64,000 nt of DNA from Flavobacteriales bacterium (lineage in GTDB: Bacteria; Bacteroidota; Bacteroidia; Flavobacteriales_D; Sanyastnellaceae). The notes below the pieces were generated by a model, which saw only the letters and a list, made by a program, of their open reading frames with translations, ran no database searches and was not told the origin of the DNA. The DNA is taken from assembly GCA_002863145.1 (NCBI GenBank), contig PKDW01000164.1, positions 25 through 64,024 of the forward strand. Direction: 5' to 3'. Shown in pieces: positions 23,393 to 32,720 of the stretch (the first letter of the stretch is position 1; each line of letters opens with the position of its first letter). The translations under genes were made by a program, and so were the position numbers.

Positions 23393-25174
23393 TCAATCGA
23401 GGCTCGTGGCCTTGAGCCACTTGCGGTAAGCGGTAAACAACCGCGACCGCGACACAAATCCCACATACCGGCCGTCCTCCACCACCGGCAAATTCCATGC
23501 GCCGCAGTTCTCGAATTTGGCCATGACGTCGTCCATCTTGTCTTCCCATTCGACCTCCGCAAGCGGGAGGGTCATGAGGTCGACCACGCGCAGACTCAGG
23601 TATTGGCTCTGGTCGAACATCACCTGACGGATGTCCTGAAGATCCACGATGCCCAGCAAATGCCCTTGGGCGTCTACGACCGGGTGAAGGTTGCGCTGGC
23701 TTTGGGCAACCACCTCCACGAGCTGGCCCAAATTCCAATGCGCCTGCACCGGCAAGAAGTCCTGCTCGAGCTCTTCCTTGAGGTTCATCAAGGTCAGCAC
23801 GGTTTGGTCCTTGTCGTGGGTCAACAGCTCTCCCCGTTCGGCCAACTCTCGCGTGTAAATGCTGTGGCGCTTCAAGGCCCGTGACGTGGTGAAGGAAATG
23901 GCGGATGTCAACATCAGCGGCACAAACAACCCGTACCCCCCACTGAGCTCTGTGGCGAGAAAAATGGCCGTGAGCGGGGCGTGCAGCACCCCCGCCATCA
24001 TGCCACACAGCCCGGCAAGCACGGAGTTGCCGATGGGCATGGTCGTCGGTTCCACAAAGCCATTGAGGCCCAAGGCAAAGGCAAAGCCCACCAACGCGCC
24101 GCTGAACAAGGCAGGGGCAAAAATGCCAGCAACCCCCCCCGCGCCCACGGTGAAGCCCGTCAGCATGGGCTTCAAACACGCCGCCAGCACCAACCACCCA
24201 ATCAAACTCGGCAGCGCCAGCGATCCCTCGAGCATCCATACATCTTGGATCAGCACGTCTGAATAGCCCAAGAACAGTTGGTTGATGACCTCGTACCCTT
24301 CCCCGAACAGCGGGGGGAGCAAGGCCACCGCCGCACCGATCAAGGCGCCCGCCAGGATCATGCGCGTACGCGGGCTGGTGAACCGGCCAATGGTCTGTTG
24401 GCTGACGAGGTAGAGTCGTGAAAACACCACCGAACCGACGCCCGTCACCACGCCCATGGCGATGTACCAGGGAAGGCGCGACGCTTGGAACGCCGCCAGC
24501 GTGGGCACCGTCAAGATGTCCTGCCCTTCGAAGAACACGAAAGCCGTCAACAACGAGGCCAGAGACGCCATCAGGATGGGCACGAGGCTGGACGCGGTCA
24601 AGTCAATCATGATGACCTCCACCGCAAACACGATGGCGGCGACCGGGGCCTTGAACATGGCCGCCAAAGAACCCGCTGCCGCGCAGCCAATGAGGAGCAG
24701 TCGGCGGCGGAAGTGCTTGCGCGTTTGGGAGGCCACCTCGGAGCCCATGGCCGCGCCCGCCTGCATCGCCGGCGCCTCCAGTCCACCTGACCCTCCAAAT
24801 CCCACCGAAAGCACGCTGGTGACGACCGGGGCAAACATCCACGTGCGCTTCATGCGGCCGCGGCGCGTGGAGATGGCGTGCAGGGTCGACGGGATTCCCG
24901 GACCGGGGTGCTCCCCGCCCAAGACGCGTTGCACCACATATCCTGTGGCTGCCAATCCAAGGATGGGACCCAAGGCCAAAAACCACGATCCCCCCACCCA
25001 CGACTGAATGGCAAACATGACGCTTCGCAACCCGCCCACGCTTTGCTTCATGAGGACGGCGAGAAGTCCTGCCGCGATGCCCACCAAGACCGCCCAAAGC
25101 AACAAGCCTCGGTCCGAACGCATCCACGACCATCCCGCGCGGACGACTTCTCTCAGTGCGTCTCTCACACTCAT
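23393..25174 (-). CDS. ClC family voltage-gated chloride channel / H+-Cl- antiporter with a C-terminal CBS pair
   Basis: Selectivity motifs GPGIPS, GGSGGLEAP and GIFAPALF, plus two CBS domains at the C-terminus. The start overlaps the PP2C gene stop (ATGA). Confidence 0.9.
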   Translation of the reverse strand: MSVRDALREVVRAGWSWMRSDRGLLLWAVLVGIAAGLLAVLMKQSVGGLRSVMFAIQSWVGGSWFLALGPILGLAATGYVVQRVLGGEHPGPGIPSTLHAISTRRGRMKRTWMFAPVVTSVLSVGFGGSGGLEAPAMQAGAAMGSEVASQTRKHFRRRLLLIGCAAAGSLAAMFKAPVAAIVFAVEVIMIDLTASSLVPILMASLASLLTAFVFFEGQDILTVPTLAAFQASRLPWYIAMGVVTGVGSVVFSRLYLVSQQTIGRFTSPRTRMILAGALIGAAVALLPPLFGEGYEVINQLFLGYSDVLIQDVWMLEGSLALPSLIGWLVLAACLKPMLTGFTVGAGGVAGIFAPALFSGALVGFAFALGLNGFVEPTTMPIGNSVLAGLCGMMAGVLHAPLTAIFLATELSGGYGLFVPLMLTSAISFTTSRALKRHSIYTRELAERGELLTHDKDQTVLTLMNLKEELEQDFLPVQAHWNLGQLVEVVAQSQRNLHPVVDAQGHLLGIVDLQDIRQVMFDQSQYLSLRVVDLMTLPLAEVEWEDKMDDVMAKFENCGAWNLPVVEDGRYVGFVSRSRLFTAYRKWLKATSLD

Positions 25175-27009
25175 GGCACGCGCATGCTCACCACGAGCAC
25201 GTCGTCGACCTGCTCTTCATCCCCCCTCCAATCTTCGAAACGCACACGCAGATGTGCCTCGTGCTCCTGCACCGGCAAGGCCGAGGTTTCCACCAGCAAC
25301 TCTCGGAACCGGCGACGCATGAACTTCTTGCCCCTCGGTCCCCCAAATTGGTCGACAAAGCCGTCCGTGGCCAAGAACAGGGTGTCCCCGGATTCGACGT
25401 CGATGGTTTGGACTTGGTAATTCTTGGTCCCGGGTTCGAAGGAACAAATGGCGTATTTGTCCGCCTTAAACTCCTTCAACTCGCCCTCGCGCACGAGGTA
25501 CAGCGGGTTGTTTGCGCCGGCGAATTCCACCTTCATGTGCTCCCAATTGATCGCCACCATGGCGAGGTCCATGCCGTCTTGGCCCCCGACATGCGAAGCC
25601 CCTTGCCCGACTTCAGTCGCCACAGCCAAATCGCGCAACAAGTCCTCAGGAATGCTTGCCTCGGCCCGCACGTCCTTCCTCAGCAGCATCAAGACATGCT
25701 CGTTGAGCTTGTCCAGGACTTTGTGCGGCTCCGTGTACACCTTCGTCACCCGATCCAAAGCGTTGTGTCCCACCAAGCTCAAGAAGGCCCCGGGCACGCC
25801 GTGACCTGTACAGTCAATGGCCGCAAACATTCGGCGGCTGCCCACCGATTTGAACCAGTAGAAGTCCCCCGAGACCACGTCGCGAGGTTGGTAAAACACC
25901 GACGAATCGTAGATGACTTCGCGCCGTTCCTGTTCAGAGGGGAGGATGGCTTGCTGGATGCGCAACGCATAGGAAATGCTGTCTTGCAGGTCGCCCAAAA
26001 TTTCCTCCGCGTGCGCCTTTTGCTGGGCCAACTCTTCCGTTCGGGCCTCCACCTTGCCCTCCAATTCACGTTCGTTTTCCGCCAAAGACGTGCGCATCTG
26101 AAGCAGCGCCTTGCCCAAGGCGTCGTCGTCGCTCAGCGGCTCGTAAGGCGTTTCAAAATCGCCGCCCCCGACTTCCTGAGAGAATTTTTGGGTCCGAGAC
26201 AGCCCCTCCGCAAGGCGGTTCACGGCCGTGGCCATGTCGCCAATTTCATCCGGCGTGACGCGCACCGCGCGGTCGGGCAACACGCCCCGCCCCATGTGGA
26301 GCAGCGCGCGCTTCAATTCTTTGACAGGCTGCACAATGCTTCGGGTCACAATGATGCCCAAGGCGATCCCCAAGACCACCACGATCCAAGCCACTCGGCC
26401 TGCATACATGGTCAATTCGGCACCGAGTTTCTCCATGCGCGCCGTGCGGTCTCGGAGGGCTGCGTTTTGGCCTGCCGTCAGCGTCGCAAGCCGATTTTGC
26501 ACTCGGGTGGAGAACACCTCGAGCTGGGCCCCAGGTTCGGCATATTCCCTGGCCATGAACCTCGCTTCGTAGTCCTGGTAGCTCTTCCAATCAGGCAACA
26601 AACGCATGATTTCGCCATACAACACGAGCAGGGCGTCGGTCTCGACGCGCAGGGTGTCGAGGTGTGCCCGCGCACGGGGCGTCCATGCCAATTCAAGCTC
26701 GTCCAAGGCCTTTAAATGTTGGGGAAACGCCGAGTTGACCGACTTCCTGAGCATGACCTTTTTCTCTTCGTCCGCGCGGCTTTGCTCCGCGATCCAGTTG
26801 TTGATGTGCACGAGCGACGAGGCCAGGGTTTGGTCCATGTCCTCGAGCGCTTCCAAGCTCGGCACGAGGGCAGAATCCACCTCAGCTGCAAGCTCGCTGC
26901 TGCGTGTCAAGGTGAGGCGCGTGAAGACAAACAACACCGCCACAGCCAAAATGAAGACCCCAAATCCGAGCCCCATTCGCCACGCAATGTTCCAACGCAT
27001 CCGCTTCAT
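25171..27009 (-). CDS. Membrane sensor with a HAMP domain and a PP2C/SpoIIE-type serine phosphatase output
   Basis: Two TM helices flank a ~170-aa periplasmic region. HAMP (VQPVKELKRALLHMG...IGDMATAVNRLAEGL), then a coiled coil. SpoIIE motifs SGDFYWF, DCTGHGVPGA and LATDGFVDQFG. Confidence 0.85.
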   Translation of the reverse strand: MKRMRWNIAWRMGLGFGVFILAVAVLFVFTRLTLTRSSELAAEVDSALVPSLEALEDMDQTLASSLVHINNWIAEQSRADEEKKVMLRKSVNSAFPQHLKALDELELAWTPRARAHLDTLRVETDALLVLYGEIMRLLPDWKSYQDYEARFMAREYAEPGAQLEVFSTRVQNRLATLTAGQNAALRDRTARMEKLGAELTMYAGRVAWIVVVLGIALGIIVTRSIVQPVKELKRALLHMGRGVLPDRAVRVTPDEIGDMATAVNRLAEGLSRTQKFSQEVGGGDFETPYEPLSDDDALGKALLQMRTSLAENERELEGKVEARTEELAQQKAHAEEILGDLQDSISYALRIQQAILPSEQERREVIYDSSVFYQPRDVVSGDFYWFKSVGSRRMFAAIDCTGHGVPGAFLSLVGHNALDRVTKVYTEPHKVLDKLNEHVLMLLRKDVRAEASIPEDLLRDLAVATEVGQGASHVGGQDGMDLAMVAINWEHMKVEFAGANNPLYLVREGELKEFKADKYAICSFEPGTKNYQVQTIDVESGDTLFLATDGFVDQFGGPRGKKFMRRRFRELLVETSALPVQEHEAHLRVRFEDWRGDEEQVDDVLVVSMRVP

Positions 27010-27914
27010 TGCGTCAGGGCTTTTTCAAGTTGGACGCGGTAAGCCTCTTCTTGCTCAGGATGGAACAGGGCGTGGTGCACAATCATAAGTCCCCGCAAAG
27101 TCTCAGGCCGACTCGGCTGGAGCACATCTGCTTGCTCAAACCATGGCAAGGCGCGCTCGAACAAAGCCCGGCTCGATTCGTTGATGGCCAAAATCTCGGC
27201 AAGCGTGGTGTTCTCGTCCATGGCGTTGATTTGGTCCACCCCGCGGTTGTAGATGTTCACAGCCAAGTTGTAGGTCGCGGTCATGTCTTGTGGCGACAGC
27301 GCCAAGGCCTGTTGGTATTGCGACACAATGCCCTCGAAATGCGCCTCGTCTCTCGTGGCTTCAAACCATTGGCGGTAGGCCCTGGCCATGTTTTTGTGGA
27401 CCTCGGTTCGCTCGGCGGTGGCGTCGAGGTTGGCATCCAAGTACAACGCCACCTCCTCGTGCGCCTCGAACAGTTCGAGAATGCGCGCCTCTTGGCCAGG
27501 TTCAAAGGCATCGACTCCTTGGACCACGTCGTCGAAGAAGGTGCCCCCGAGGTAGCCCAAGGCCTTCTCGGCCGAGTTCCGCCACGGGGCGACACGCCGA
27601 ACATCCAGATCGAGAGCCTGTCTCAACCACCGCACCGCTTCTGTCCGGTCGCCACTCAAACTTCCGGGCATGTTGTCTTTTTTGAAACGCTCCTTGAACA
27701 AGAATCCCGCCACGTAACACGCCTTGGCCTCCGCGGCAGAAGGCGCCTGGAGGTACGGATTCAATTGCGCCAAACCCTCCTCAAATTGGCCCGCCTTGCC
27801 GAGGGCAATGGCCCGCTCTATGGCCAAATCTTGCGCCCATCCCGGCTGAGCCCAACAAGGCCCTGTCGCGGCGAGCGCAACCACACACATCCAAATCAAC
27901 GAGAGGCTGCGCAT
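27006..27914 (-). CDS. Secreted TPR-like helical repeat protein
   Basis: Signal MRSLSLIWMCVVALAATGPCWAQ and helical repeat composition. The stop overlaps the PP2C start (ATGA). Confidence 0.6.
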   Translation of the reverse strand: MRSLSLIWMCVVALAATGPCWAQPGWAQDLAIERAIALGKAGQFEEGLAQLNPYLQAPSAAEAKACYVAGFLFKERFKKDNMPGSLSGDRTEAVRWLRQALDLDVRRVAPWRNSAEKALGYLGGTFFDDVVQGVDAFEPGQEARILELFEAHEEVALYLDANLDATAERTEVHKNMARAYRQWFEATRDEAHFEGIVSQYQQALALSPQDMTATYNLAVNIYNRGVDQINAMDENTTLAEILAINESSRALFERALPWFEQADVLQPSRPETLRGLMIVHHALFHPEQEEAYRVQLEKALTQ

Positions 27915-28492
27915 GACATGATGATGTTGCCCAACAAGATGCCGCGTTTCTCGGCTTCCTGGGGATTGATTTCATACTTCAGCCCGTCGTTCGAGATGAA
28001 AAAATTGATGGTCACGCCCTCCTTGAGGGTCGGCTGAAACGCAGTGACCACGAGTGTGGCGTCGCCCTTCACAGCGCGCAAGAGCTCGTCGAGTTCTGGG
28101 CCGGTGGCTTCGGTGTACAACAACCGAGGCGCATCCGCCTCATCCGCCTTGTCGAACGAGAGCACCCGCAACGGCAAGGACCCAATGGCGCTTCCCGCAA
28201 ACTTGGGGGCCAGGGCCTCCACCAAGGCGGGCTTGTTGTGCACCGCCACGTCAAACGTGCCCCCGCCCTCCGAGGCAGGCCATTGGTTCGCTTTCACAAA
28301 CTGTCCGAGCATGAGGCTCTTCAGGACCAACTGCGTGTCCGTGGTGTCGAGCTTGGGGTCTTGCACACCCCCTTGAAACGCCCACGCCGCAAGGACGACA
28401 ATCGGAAGTCCCACCCGCAACAAAGCCCGCTGGACGCCGCGCTGAACCGCAGGCACCCCAGACTTCATCACAGCAAATGGGACCACAGCCAT
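27896..28492 (-). CDS. YfiR-like periplasmic protein (DUF4154 family)
   Basis: Pattern LMLGQFVKANQWP ... LRVLSF ... TINFFISNDGLKYEINPQEAEKRGILLGNIIMSCA matches my memory of DUF4154/YfiR. Confidence 0.55.
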   Translation of the reverse strand: MAVVPFAVMKSGVPAVQRGVQRALLRVGLPIVVLAAWAFQGGVQDPKLDTTDTQLVLKSLMLGQFVKANQWPASEGGGTFDVAVHNKPALVEALAPKFAGSAIGSLPLRVLSFDKADEADAPRLLYTEATGPELDELLRAVKGDATLVVTAFQPTLKEGVTINFFISNDGLKYEINPQEAEKRGILLGNIIMSCAASR

Positions 28493-28495
28493 GGG

Positions 28496-28999
28496 TTATG
28501 CGTGGTCGGCGGAGCCGAACGTCACAATGTCTCGGTCAAACAAGTACATCGCCCCATGGTCGTCGCCTGCGAGGGCGAGTTTGTCCAAGATCTTGCGAGC
28601 CAACGCCTCTTCCTCAATCTGCTCGCTGACGTACCACTGCATGAAGTTGTGGGTGGTGTAATCCTTGGCCTGCAAGCACAAATCCACCACGTTGTTGATG
28701 CACTCCGTGACCTTGGTTTCATGGGCCAGGATGCTTTCAAACACCTCCTTCAATCCCGCGTAATCCGTGGCCCCTGCCCGCACCGTAGGCACTTGCGCCA
28801 CACTGCCGCGCTCGTTCACGAAGCGCATGAGCTTGAGCATGTGCTGACGCTCTTCTTCCGAGTGGGTGTACAAGAATTCGGCGACGCCGTCAAAACCTTG
28901 GGTTTCGGCCCAAACCGCCATCGTGAGGTAGGTGTGAGAGCTTTGGCCTTCCAGGACAATTTGCTCGTTCAATGCATTGGAAATGGTGTCGTGTAGCAT
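28496..28999 (-). CDS. Ferritin (non-haem)
   Basis: MLHDTISNALNEQIVLEGQSSHTYLTMAVWAE...EEERQHMLKLMRF carries ferroxidase-centre E/H residues. The internal ATG at 28999 is preferred. Confidence 0.85.
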   Translation of the reverse strand: MLHDTISNALNEQIVLEGQSSHTYLTMAVWAETQGFDGVAEFLYTHSEEERQHMLKLMRFVNERGSVAQVPTVRAGATDYAGLKEVFESILAHETKVTECINNVVDLCLQAKDYTTHNFMQWYVSEQIEEEALARKILDKLALAGDDHGAMYLFDRDIVTFGSADHA

Positions 29000-29060
29000 G
29001 TAACCAAAGTACAGGTCATCGGCATGCGCCACGCCCCGATTCGCGGGGGTTAAGAACACT

Positions 29061-30182
29061 TCAATCTTGGAAACCGGGGCCGTTCTGGCGCACCGATTTG
29101 AAGCGAGATGCCCGGACTTCTGGGGGCAATTTCACCCCGTCCAGCCACCAATTCACGAGGTGCGTCGCCATGGCAGGCCCCACCAACACGCCGCGTGTCC
29201 CCAACCCGTTCAACATGAGGATTCCGTCGGGTTGACCCGGCCACGGTCCCACCGTGGGACGGCGATCCGGGGATGCAGGTCGCAGGCCTGCTTGATGCGC
29301 CTCCAATTGCGCCACGCGCAAGGCCTCGGCCCCGTCCTCATCCAAGGCCTTGGCCATGTGGTCACGCAGCTCTTCCGCAGCCATGGCATTGGGAGTGGGA
29401 TTCAACCGGTGCCACGAATACGTCGCCCCAAGCCGCCACCACTGCCTTCCTTCTTTGACCTCGGTGGGCAGGAGCCACTTGCCGTTGTTGACGGTGTGGC
29501 CTGCAGTGTCCAATGCGCCAGGACCGGTCAGCGGCGTGCTCAGCGTCAACACGTCCCCGTGGTTGGGATTGACGGTCACCCCCACTTGGGCCAATTCTTC
29601 GGCCGCACCCACACCCCTGCAATCCACCACTGCGTCTGCACCTTCGGGCAGGCCATCCTTCACCGACCAGGCGCGATCCTGAAGCCACCCTCGGTCCAAA
29701 AAGTGGCGTTCCATTCCGTCGAGCAGCGCGGGCACGTCGACCCAACCTGATGCATGGACGCGTCCTACGCCGGAAGGTCCTTGCAAGGCGTCAATGCCTG
29801 CCTCCGAGAGTTCTTCCCCACGTGAAGCCCATTGGCACACCCCGTGCTTTTGGGGCCACCGGTCGTCCCATGTGGACCGGTAATCTTCGTTGGCAAAGAC
29901 CTTGGCCACAGGGACATCGTGAAGCAGTTTCAGTCCCAGCGCGTCCTCCAACTCTCTCAGGGTTTGACGCATCGTCGCCATGTGCGCACCTGCATTCCAG
30001 ACTTCCACCACGCGACGGAACGACACAGGATTGAACATGCCGGCCGCCACGCGCGAGGCGCTGTGCGTGCTGTTTCCCCACCATTCCACGCGACATCCAC
30101 GCGACATGAAACACCACGCCACGAGGGCCCCCGCAAGGCCTCGGCCCACGACCACAATGCGTTGGGGGGACGATGCCATCAC
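29061..30182 (-). CDS. FAD-dependent oxidoreductase (DAO family)
   Basis: N-terminal dinucleotide fold IVVVGRGLAGALVAW; 373 aa. Confidence 0.75.
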   Translation of the reverse strand: MMASSPQRIVVVGRGLAGALVAWCFMSRGCRVEWWGNSTHSASRVAAGMFNPVSFRRVVEVWNAGAHMATMRQTLRELEDALGLKLLHDVPVAKVFANEDYRSTWDDRWPQKHGVCQWASRGEELSEAGIDALQGPSGVGRVHASGWVDVPALLDGMERHFLDRGWLQDRAWSVKDGLPEGADAVVDCRGVGAAEELAQVGVTVNPNHGDVLTLSTPLTGPGALDTAGHTVNNGKWLLPTEVKEGRQWWRLGATYSWHRLNPTPNAMAAEELRDHMAKALDEDGAEALRVAQLEAHQAGLRPASPDRRPTVGPWPGQPDGILMLNGLGTRGVLVGPAMATHLVNWWLDGVKLPPEVRASRFKSVRQNGPGFQD

Positions 30183-30190
30183 GGCTCAGT

Positions 30191-31387
30191 TCAAGAGATA
30201 ACTCCGAGGTCTCTGCCTACCTTCTCAAAGGCGATGAGGGTCCGGTCCAAGTGCGCCTTGGTGTGTGCGGCACTGAGCTGCACCCGGATTCGGGCTTCGC
30301 CCTTGGGCACGACAGGATAGAAAAAGCCGATGACATAGATGCCTTCCTCAAGCAGGGCGTTGGCCATGACTTGGGAGAGTTTGGCGTCGCCGAGCATCAC
30401 AGGAACGATGGCCGATTCGCCGTCTTTGAACGGGAGGCCTGCATTGCGCAATCCCTCCTTGAAGTACGCGGTGTTCTCTTCGAGGGTGTCGCGCAATTCC
30501 GTGGTTTCGTCCAGCATCTTGAACACCTCGATGGAGGCACCGACAATGCTCGGGGCGAGGGAGTTGGAGAACAGGTAGGGACGGCTGCGCTGGCGCAACA
30601 TGTCAATGATTTCGCGCTTGCCCGTTGTGAAGCCGCCCATCGCCCCGCCCATCGCCTTGCCGAGGGTGCCGGTGATGATGTCGACGCGGCCGAGCGCGTT
30701 CCGCAATTCGATGGAGCCGCGGCCGGTCTTGCCGATGAAACCCGTGGCGTGGCATTCGTCCACCATGACCATGGCTTCGTAGGTGTCGGCGAGGTCACAG
30801 ATTTTGTCGATTTGGGCCACGTAACCGTCCATCGAGAACACGCCGTCGGTCACGACGATGATGTTGCGTGCCCCATTGGCCCGTGCCTCCTTCAAGCGCT
30901 CTTCGAGCTCGACCATGTCATTGTTGGCATAGCGGTAGCGCGCAGCTTTGCAGAGGCGCACGCCGTCGATGATGGAGGCGTGGTTGAGGCTGTCGCTCAC
31001 GATGGCGTCTTCCTTGGTCAGCAACGGTTCGAACACCCCACCGTTGGCGTCAAAGGCCGCGGCATACAGGATGGTGTCCTCCGTGAGATGGAAGTCTGCA
31101 ATGCGCTGCTCGAGCTCTTTGTGGATGTCTTGGGTCCCGCAGATGAAGCGGACGCTGGACATGCCAAACCCGTGCGTGTCAATGGCCCGTTTGGCGGCCT
31201 CGACCACGCGAGGGTGTGAACTCAGTCCGAGGTAGTTGTTGGCACAAAAGTTCAACACGGAGCTGCCGTCGTCCAATGTGATTTCGGCGTCCTGCGCGGA
31301 GGTGATCACGCGCTCGCGCTTGTACAGACCCGCTGCCTCGATCTCGGCGAGCTCTTGGGTCAACTGGTCTTTGATGCTTCCAAACAT
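30191..31387 (-). CDS. kbl: Glycine C-acetyltransferase (2-amino-3-ketobutyrate CoA ligase)
   Basis: 398 aa. Alpha-oxoamine synthase pattern with PLP-lysine context GTLGKAMGG and N-terminus [18 protein letters not shown]. Confidence 0.9.
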   Translation of the reverse strand: MFGSIKDQLTQELAEIEAAGLYKRERVITSAQDAEITLDDGSSVLNFCANNYLGLSSHPRVVEAAKRAIDTHGFGMSSVRFICGTQDIHKELEQRIADFHLTEDTILYAAAFDANGGVFEPLLTKEDAIVSDSLNHASIIDGVRLCKAARYRYANNDMVELEERLKEARANGARNIIVVTDGVFSMDGYVAQIDKICDLADTYEAMVMVDECHATGFIGKTGRGSIELRNALGRVDIITGTLGKAMGGAMGGFTTGKREIIDMLRQRSRPYLFSNSLAPSIVGASIEVFKMLDETTELRDTLEENTAYFKEGLRNAGLPFKDGESAIVPVMLGDAKLSQVMANALLEEGIYVIGFFYPVVPKGEARIRVQLSAAHTKAHLDRTLIAFEKVGRDLGVIS

Positions 31388-31442
31388 GGGCGAAAGGTAC
31401 GCTCAACCCTGCCCGTATGACTTCTCTTAGAAGCCGGCACGT

Positions 31443-32291
31443 TCAACCCAAGACCCATGGCGCATTTCGCGGGCCATGACCTGTGGGGACGTCCCATTCG
31501 ACCGCGCAGCCCCGGGCCACAACGTGCTCCTCCACCATCTCGCGAACCGTTCGGCCAAACGGATTGTCCACCGCTTGCCCAAACGCCTTGGTGTTGTCCT
31601 TCAAGTCTGTGAACGACCCCACCAACACCCCTTCCACCTCATCGAACACCCCAGCTTGACCCAGCGCCACCAACATCCGGTCGAGGTGGTAGAGGTATTC
31701 GTCCAAGTCTTCGAGCAGCAGCCACCGGCCTTTCAAGGGCGGCATAGACGGCGTGCCCAACATGGCAAACAGAACGGACAGGTTGCCACCCACCACGCGC
31801 CGCGCACCTTGGTGCGCGGCAGGTTGCCCGGTGCGCCAGACCTGTCGGAAGGCCTCGACGTCTGCCGTTTCGGTCATGGGAATCGTGGAGGCGACGGGCG
31901 CGTGCAAGGACGCCACGCCCAAGCCGGACGCCCAGCCATGCAGGGCGGTGAGGTCGGAAAATCCCGTGATCCAAGTGGGATTGGCTTGAAGGGCCGACCC
32001 GTCGAGCAAGGGCAGGAGTCGGGTGCAACCGTAGCCCCCGCGCAATGCCCATACGGCAGAGATGTCGGCATCGTGGAATGCGACGTTCAGCGCCTCGGCG
32101 CGCTCGGCATCGGTGCCGCCAAATTGGCGCTCGCGCAAGGTGGTTTGGGTGGGGACGACAGGGTCAAGCCCCCAAGCGGTGAGCAGGTTCGATGCCGCGT
32201 CAATGAGCGCGGGACTGGCGAACCGTGCAGGGGTAACGAGCGCCACACGCGACCCCTCCGTCAAGGCTGGGGGCAGGTGCAGGGGCGTCAA
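31443..32291 (-). CDS. LD-carboxypeptidase (S66 family, LdcA-like)
   Basis: Ser nucleophile motif GFSDLTALH, plus EDLDEYLYHLDRML and PTGHG. Confidence 0.8.
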   Translation of the reverse strand: MTPLHLPPALTEGSRVALVTPARFASPALIDAASNLLTAWGLDPVVPTQTTLRERQFGGTDAERAEALNVAFHDADISAVWALRGGYGCTRLLPLLDGSALQANPTWITGFSDLTALHGWASGLGVASLHAPVASTIPMTETADVEAFRQVWRTGQPAAHQGARRVVGGNLSVLFAMLGTPSMPPLKGRWLLLEDLDEYLYHLDRMLVALGQAGVFDEVEGVLVGSFTDLKDNTKAFGQAVDNPFGRTVREMVEEHVVARGCAVEWDVPTGHGPRNAPWVLG

Positions 32292-32303
32292 GGGGGTAAG
32301 GGA

Positions 32304-32492
32304 TTAGAGGACTTTGCCCTTCTTGGGGCGCAGTGCCGCTTCCGCTGCGGTCTTCACACCGGGGACGAATTCATGCTCCTGCTTCCCCAAGATTTTCTTT
32401 TGGAAATAGTTCTCAAGAATCTCTCTCTTCTCACTCGTTCCTCGGACGGGGAGATGCTTGGCCGCTTGCTTTTTCTTGGTGGTTGCGCTCAT
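32304..32492 (-). CDS. Small basic hypothetical protein (62 aa)
   Basis: Lys-rich MSATTKKKQAAKHLP...RPKKGKVL, 12 nt upstream of the LD-carboxypeptidase gene. Coding status uncertain. Confidence 0.4.
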   Translation of the reverse strand: MSATTKKKQAAKHLPVRGTSEKREILENYFQKKILGKQEHEFVPGVKTAAEAALRPKKGKVL

Positions 32493-32720
32493 GGCGGGAT
32501 TGTTCAGGTCAGGTCGGGAGGTTGCCCCGAAGTGTCAAAGTAAACGCATCGTTTTGTTCCTCGCGTTTCCCAAGTCCTTCAGATTTCCACAACCCGCGTT
32601 GGACGAAATGGTTCATGACGGGTCCGCGGGCGGTGTCCTTTGGACAGGGTTTGGGCTTTTTTCCAAACCAAACAGCGCCCACCCCTCCAACCAATCGGCG
32701 CCCGAAGTATTTTTGCGTTC

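Noticed and set aside
22042-23562. 506-aa minus-strand ORF spanning the ABC permease 3' end, the DUF3299-like gene and the ClC gene 3' end
   Set aside because: It is antisense to two well-supported plus-strand genes and out of frame with ClC. Its composition is Arg/Gly/His/Ala-rich and low in complexity, with no recognisable motifs. This is a typical stop-codon-poor shadow ORF in high-GC DNA.
25156-26715. 519-aa plus-strand ORF
   Set aside because: It lies entirely antisense to the HAMP-PP2C gene, which has clear motifs. The translation is Arg/His/Gln/Val-rich with no domain signature.
32648-32669. Perfect 7-bp hairpin GGTTTGG-gctttttt-CCAAACC, 50 nt upstream of metG
   Set aside because: No U-run follows on either strand, so it is not an intrinsic terminator. 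There are no T-box or other leader features. It may be a minor regulatory or stability element, but there is nothing to support a call.
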